Source of the DNA: the human T2T-CHM13v2.0 reference genome, Homo sapiens
Assembly: GCF_009914755.1 (NCBI RefSeq)
Contig: NC_060936.1
DNA: 64,000 nucleotides
Reading direction: 5' to 3' (one strand)
Shown: positions 57,970 through 64,000 of the stretch, one piece after another
Layout: every line of letters begins with the position of its first letter
Position numbering within the stretch: position 1 is the stretch's first letter
The notes under the pieces: generated by a model
Database searches by the model: none
What the model saw: only the letters and a program-made list of their open reading frames with translations
Told to the model about the DNA's origin: nothing
Made by a program: the position numbers and the translations under genes

Positions 57970-59483
57970 TGATGCGGAATTTTTTGGGGTGTCGCTTTGC
58001 CAGCCAGAAACCTCTTAATGTCAGCTCCTTTTGCCTGAGTACTGCTCATGCCCTCTAGGCTCATTCTGTTTACTCAGCCAGGCAGGCTGCACTTGCCCTG
58101 TGCTACTGGCCTGGATCTCATACCTGCCTAGCCTGAGCCAGGTGCAGAGTATCCAGGGGTGTGTGAGCCAGCGAGTGCGGGGTCTGGCCGCTGCACACAG
58201 CCAGGCACATCACCTTCTGCAGCAGGGTGCTCAGCTCCAGGCACTGGTATAGGTATAGGTGCAGGCTGTGTTTGAGGCTGTAGCTGGACGAGACATACCA
58301 CACGTGGCTTCCACTGTGGGCACCAGCATCTGGACACGGGGAACAGGGCAGCACTCGAAAGCTCAGAGACACCAGAAACTTCAGAGCCCCAAAGAGGGTG
58401 TTACGGCCCTGGCTCGGGGAGCCCCTAGGGCTGCAACTCTTCTCTTCTTCTCATTGCCTGCAGCATGGCGAGGGTTGGGGGTCATGTTTCAGCCCTGATT
58501 ATGTTACTGCTCTTTGACTCCCGCCATTCAGCAGGTTGTAGTGCCAAGTTCTTGTCCAGCGTCTAGGAAGAATGAGGTATGCAGACAACTGGAGGGTAAG
58601 CAAGGTGGAGAGGAGCTTCACTGAGCAACAGAACAGCTCTCAGGAGACTGGAAGTGGGTAGCTCCTTTCTGCAGGCAGGTCCACCCAACATCTATTTGAG
58701 TCTGACTGAGTCCGGAAAATTTTATGGGCTCAGAAGAGTGAAAGTCAGTGCTAATTTGTCCATGGGTGGCCATGAGTGGGCCTGGAAAACACACTATCCA
58801 GTTGGCCGAATGGTCTTCAGTGAAGTTCTCACTATCGGCATCAGACTGCCTGGAACTGCCAGCCCAGTCCCCAGGCTTCAGGCATTCCCTGGCTTGAAGG
58901 TGGGACTTTACCAGGGACCTGCCCCGTTCCACCCAGGAACATGTCTGCCTCCTGCTGTCAATATGCCATCCGTGGTGCCCAGGCTATTCGTGCTGAGGAG
59001 CATCTGCCGGCCTGTGCGAGCCACCCTCAGCCTCCCCCCGCCCCCTACCAGCCTCCCTCCACTCATCAGCAGTCTGGAGGGGACCAAAGTGGCAGAGGGC
59101 TAGTGTGTCAGGCTGCCCTGAATCTGCACAGCTGGCTGGGATGCAATAGTGCCAAGCCTCTGCCACAACTTTGTTCTACCCAGGAGCAAGCTGTGGAAGC
59201 AGGAAGAGACCAGGCAGTGGGAGCAGGCACTTTCAAACCCAAGGAGCAAGGAGCTCCCTGGGCCCCTGAGAGTGCAGGAATGTCTGGGTCCAAAGCCCTG
59301 GCTGGGCGGCTGCAGCTGCACCCGCAGGTGCAGGGCTCCTGCCCTGCTGACTTAGTAGATGACGGGGCTCCCACCTGTTCCCGGCCCCTGCTGACTCCAT
59401 GGAGCAAGCAGCCCTGAATGCACCTCCACTGCTGTAGCAGCATCTTCACAGTGGCTGCTCCAGACAAGCCTCCACTGCCATCA
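57970..59483 (-). mobile_element. MER52 solo ERV1 LTR (~1.5 kb, GC-rich)
   Basis: Minus-strand start tgatggcagtggaggcttgtctggagcagcc; TG/CA ends; 4-bp TSD acat (57966-57969, 59484-59487). Confidence 0.88.
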
Positions 59484-59627
59484 ACATCATTTACTAAACT
59501 TGGAAAAACTAACATTGGTAGCAATGAGTATGTGTGTATACATATGTTGGGGCACAGATTAAAACCCATCTGATCTCCCTTGACAGGGAATTAGATGGAT
59601 GCATTCTATTGCATTTACATCTCTTTT

Positions 59628-59792
59628 ATTATTATTATTATTTTTGAGACAGAGTCTCATACTTTCTCCCAGGCTGGAGTACAGTGGTGTGATCTCGGCT
59701 TAATGCAACCTCCGCCTCCTGGGTTCAAGCGATCCTTCTGCCTCAGCCTCCCAGGTAGCTGGGATTACAGGCATGAGCCACTGCACCTGGCC
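59628..59792 (-). mobile_element. Monomeric Alu flanked by TSD
   Basis: Left-arm start fused to right-arm body; TSD tacatctct(t/c)tt at 59616 and 59793. Confidence 0.85.
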
Positions 59793-60767
59793 TACATCTC
59801 TCTTAAGTGGCATCGAATGTGTCCCATGTGGATATTTGCAACACAGAGGATGGCTATAAATAGTCAATGTTAGGAAGAGAAGCAATGACAGTGTGGGGAG
59901 AGAAGAGGAAGTGTTTCTAAAAAGAGTGTTTAATTAGATATTAAAGTAAATGTTAAAACAGATATATCTGGGTCTTAGGAAGTAGAAGTTGGCTCTCATA
60001 ATGGCTAAAATTATTGACAAGTTACAGAAGTGAACAGAGTTGTCATTACAGAGAATGCATGACCAAGCGAGAAAGTGGGAGGTGTTGACTCAGTTGGTGT
60101 CAGTTATCGGAAAAATAAAATGGCTTGCTGTCTCACTTCAGCAAATTGAGAATCTTAAATAAATTAATCTCAAAATAAAAAATAGGGCCCTTCCTTATGA
60201 GATGCTTACATCTTGTAGGGTAAGAAAGACAAACATTTAAACATGATGTAAGAGTGAGGCTGTGGGGATGCACTAGCTGCAGGGGAGCACAGAGTATTTA
60301 TACTTAGACTGGGAGGATACAGGAAAATTTCCTGAGAAGACAGCATGGCGGGAGCTAAAGTTTTAAGGATGAATAAGAGTTAGCCAGGCAAAGAATGTGG
60401 GAAGTGCATTCAGGGCAGTTAAGCAGCGTGAGTTAAAGCACAGAGCTGTGAAGCAGTATGGTGCATGAGGAAAACAGCAAGTCACTTGATTTCAAGTGCA
60501 TGAAGTAAGAGGCAGGGCATGGCAGGAGTTAAGGTTAAGAGATACATAGGACAGGGAGGGCTGTACAGGAGATAATATCAAGGATTTTGCAGACAACAGG
60601 GTTCCACTGAAGGGTTCTAAAGCAGGCAGGTGACACGATCAGATCTTATTTTTAATTTTATTATTTATTTATTGATTTCGAGACAGGGTCTTGCTCTTGT
60701 CACCTAGGCTGGCGTGCTGTGGCAGGATCTCAGTTCACTGCAGCCTCGGACTCCTGGACTAAAGTGA

Positions 60768-61250
<483 letters not shown>

Positions 61251-63111
61251 TGAGATGGGGTTTCACCATGTTGCTCAGGCTGGTCTCAAACTCCTGGACT
61301 CAAGCAATCCTCCAGCCTCGGCCTTCCAAAATGCTGTGATTACAGGTACGAGCCACCACACCCGTCCAGATCTTATTTTATATGGGATATTAATGGTAAC
61401 TTTGTAAAATTGGAGGAAGAAATACCACAGGCAAAGACTACAACTAGCACCCATTAGTTAAATTGGGAATGAGGAGGATCTAAACTAGGAGAATGACAGT
61501 GTGGTTTGAGGAAAGGTTATATATGTATAAACAACTTAGTGATAAATTTAGTAGGCGATTACCTGGAAGTTGGAGTAAGGAAAAGAAAATGATATTTACA
61601 GCCCATATTTATATTTGGACAATGGTTTTATGAGAGGCAAGTATTACACAGGCAGGAACAATTAATGGGGAAAAGCAAACTTATGACAATTTTGAGACAG
61701 TTTTGAAAATATTTAGCAGGCAGTTGGATATAGATATCTGAACTTCATTGCAGATATTGGTACTAGAAATACACAAAGGGGAGTCATAAACATTAGTTTG
61801 CAGCTGAAACTAGAAAATTGGAAAAGGGATCTCCATGGAGTGTGTGTGGAGTGAGAATAACCAGAGATCAATCTTGAGGAACATTTAAGGAGTGGGCAGA
61901 AGGGCAGAACTCATTGGAGATTGAGGGAAAAAAAAAGTCAAAAAATTTTGTTTCTTGATTACAAAAACAAACAAAAACCAAAAACAGACTGATATTGTCA
62001 CTTTTCTAGTAGGTTAAGGTTTTTTCTTTTAAATTCCAGTGGGTAATTAGGAAATCACTGGCTACTCTGATAAAATAGTTTCAGGGAAATGATAGAGACA
62101 GTGAAAAAAGTTACAGGCTATTAAAAAATGAATGGGAAGTAAGGAAAAAGTATCTTATTTCAAGAAAAGTGCAGGTAAAGGGAAGAGAGGAATCAACACA
62201 AATAAAACAGTTTAACTTTCAAGTAAATGTATTTCTAATTCTATTCTTTCCTGGGATAAGGGATTGCTTAGAAAGATTATATGTGTTTGAAAGCAAGGGT
62301 AAAGCCAAGATAAAGGAAAAACCATGGTAAGGGAAGAAACAATTGCAACGGATGAAACAAAGCTCTGAAGGACATTTAGAAAATAAAGAACAGATGTCTG
62401 CTTGATGGTTGGTCATAAAGAAGAGAAGTATATAATCCTCTCAGAAGGTAAGGGTGGGTATAGAAAATCAGAAGGTGAGGGGGACAGAAGAGCCAGTAAT
62501 TCATGTTTTATGAAATCAGATTCCCTAATAATATAGAAGTTTGTTTATTAAGAGTAAGGTTGAGAGAGTGGAGAAGCCTTGAGAATAAAGGTAGAACAAT
62601 TGCTGAAAGAAGTGGAAGGAACAACTGATTGAGAAGGCCAAAGACCTGAGAAATTGACTAGGATCGAATGTACAAATTTGTGGACATATGAATGTTTAAA
62701 TGATGGCATTTCTCTAGCAGCGTCAAGCCTCTGCATTAGAGTAGAGAAAGTGGATAATGGAATTAACTCAAGATTGACATTTTATCTGTCAGATGTCTGT
62801 AAAGGTAAGGATGTAAGGCATTGAGGTTATTGACAAAATAGTTCAGATAATCAGCAACAACAGGACCCAGGCTGAGGAGCGAAGACATCAAGCCTGGAAA
62901 TGTCTAGCTCAGCTGAAAGAGGGAGGTGGGGTGGAATCCAGAACTGGTTGTTTCTGTAAAGCTGTTTATGGCCAGATAAGTGAGAGTGATCAAGACAAGA
63001 GGTTGTGCTTAAAACCTGAGACATCAGTGCTTAAAGCGTGCGACATCAGCACTTAAGGTTCAGATATAGACAGATTTCAGTTCAACTTCAACGTATGGCT
63101 GTCGGCTGTGA

Positions 63112-63255
63112 TGAGTTAGGTATTTTTGTGTCCATTTTATGACAAAGCAAGTGATTTGGAGAGGTTACATAATTTATGTTTAAACCACTAGTGGGTATGA
63201 GAGCTGGGATTTGACCACAGGTTTTCTGACTTCAGAGCTTCTGTACTTTTATTAG
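63112..63255 (-). mobile_element. MIR SINE
   Basis: tccattttatgacaaagcaagtgatttggagaggtta...gagctgggatttgaccacagg...ctgacttcagagc. Confidence 0.75.
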
Positions 63256-64000
63256 TCCATATCATCCTGCACAATTTGACTTCTCAAGTAATGAAATAGG
63301 GATGCATTTTTGCTTTATTCAAGTTTATACTGTTTTAATTTATAAGAGAATCAACATAATTTTGATAATCATTTGTTCTATTTACTTTGTTTTGTTTATA
63401 ACTGAATATTCCTGATTGGTTGTTTTGGACCTAAGTGTTTGATTTGGGAACATCTTCAAAGATGTTAGTGTCCTTTTCATTTTGAAGATATTTGGCCTAA
63501 TAACATTTTGTTCATAAAACTGTGTTCAGCCCACCAATGAGTTTAAATTGGTTTCAGAATTACATATAGTTAAATAAGATGTCAGAAGCAAGTAATTTGA
63601 GTTCAAATTATGTAATAGCATAGATATGTTTGTTTGTATTTTTTCCAAAAGCCTTGTTGAACTGAGTTACTCAAAGCTTTTCTTGTAGAGTGCCTACTGG
63701 TGCTTTATAAAATCACAGGCATCAAATTAACGAGTCCATCCAACTTTCTAGATAATTAGAATGCCCCTCAGCTTAACAGCACAGGGCTGAATCAGAACTA
63801 TTTTACTGAAGAAGGTGTGAAACTTGTTTTCCTAAGTGGCAAAATAAAAAGTTATTAATAGCGATGCTAACATTCACATTCAGTTTAACTGATTTTTTAA
63901 AGTCATTTTTTAGTCTAATCTCCAATGACTTTGAACATAGTTTCCCAAATGTTCTGTTCTTGCATTGTGCCCTTGCATTAAGTTCAGGATTAGTTTTTCT

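Noticed and set aside
58031-59569. Dense overlapping ORFs of 60-158 aa
   Set aside because: All lie in or overlap the GC-rich MER52 LTR, where stop codons are scarce; no protein motifs

Overview
AT-rich, repeat-dense hominoid DNA, most likely human given an AluYa5-type insertion and an L1PA2 copy. I see no intact protein-coding gene, CpG island, or tRNA/rRNA/snRNA gene. Every recognisable ORF derives from a transposable element (L1 ORF1/ORF2/ORF0, THE1-int, Alu, MER52). Main elements: a full-length but disabled L1PA3/4 (14775-20912, minus), a complete THE1C provirus inserted into a Tigger DNA transposon, solo LTRs (MER49-like, MSTA, MER52, MLT1), several Alus, and many MIR/L2/L1M relics. The most informative structures are retrotransposition scars. 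These are a compact L1 3'-transduction carrying ~76 bp of foreign sequence with its own poly(A) signal between 13-bp TSDs (33744-33929), a twin-priming inverted L1PA2, a four-layer nested L2>AluJ>AluSp>L1PA stack, and an AluJ with non-Alu sequence in its tail. Unique DNA holds candidate regulatory elements: a 4x TCF/LEF cluster, a near-consensus CTCF site, and an NF-kB/ETS/CCAAT/IRF cluster. Repeat subfamily names come from recalled consensus sequences, not a database run. I found no evidence of a new biological system beyond these candidates.
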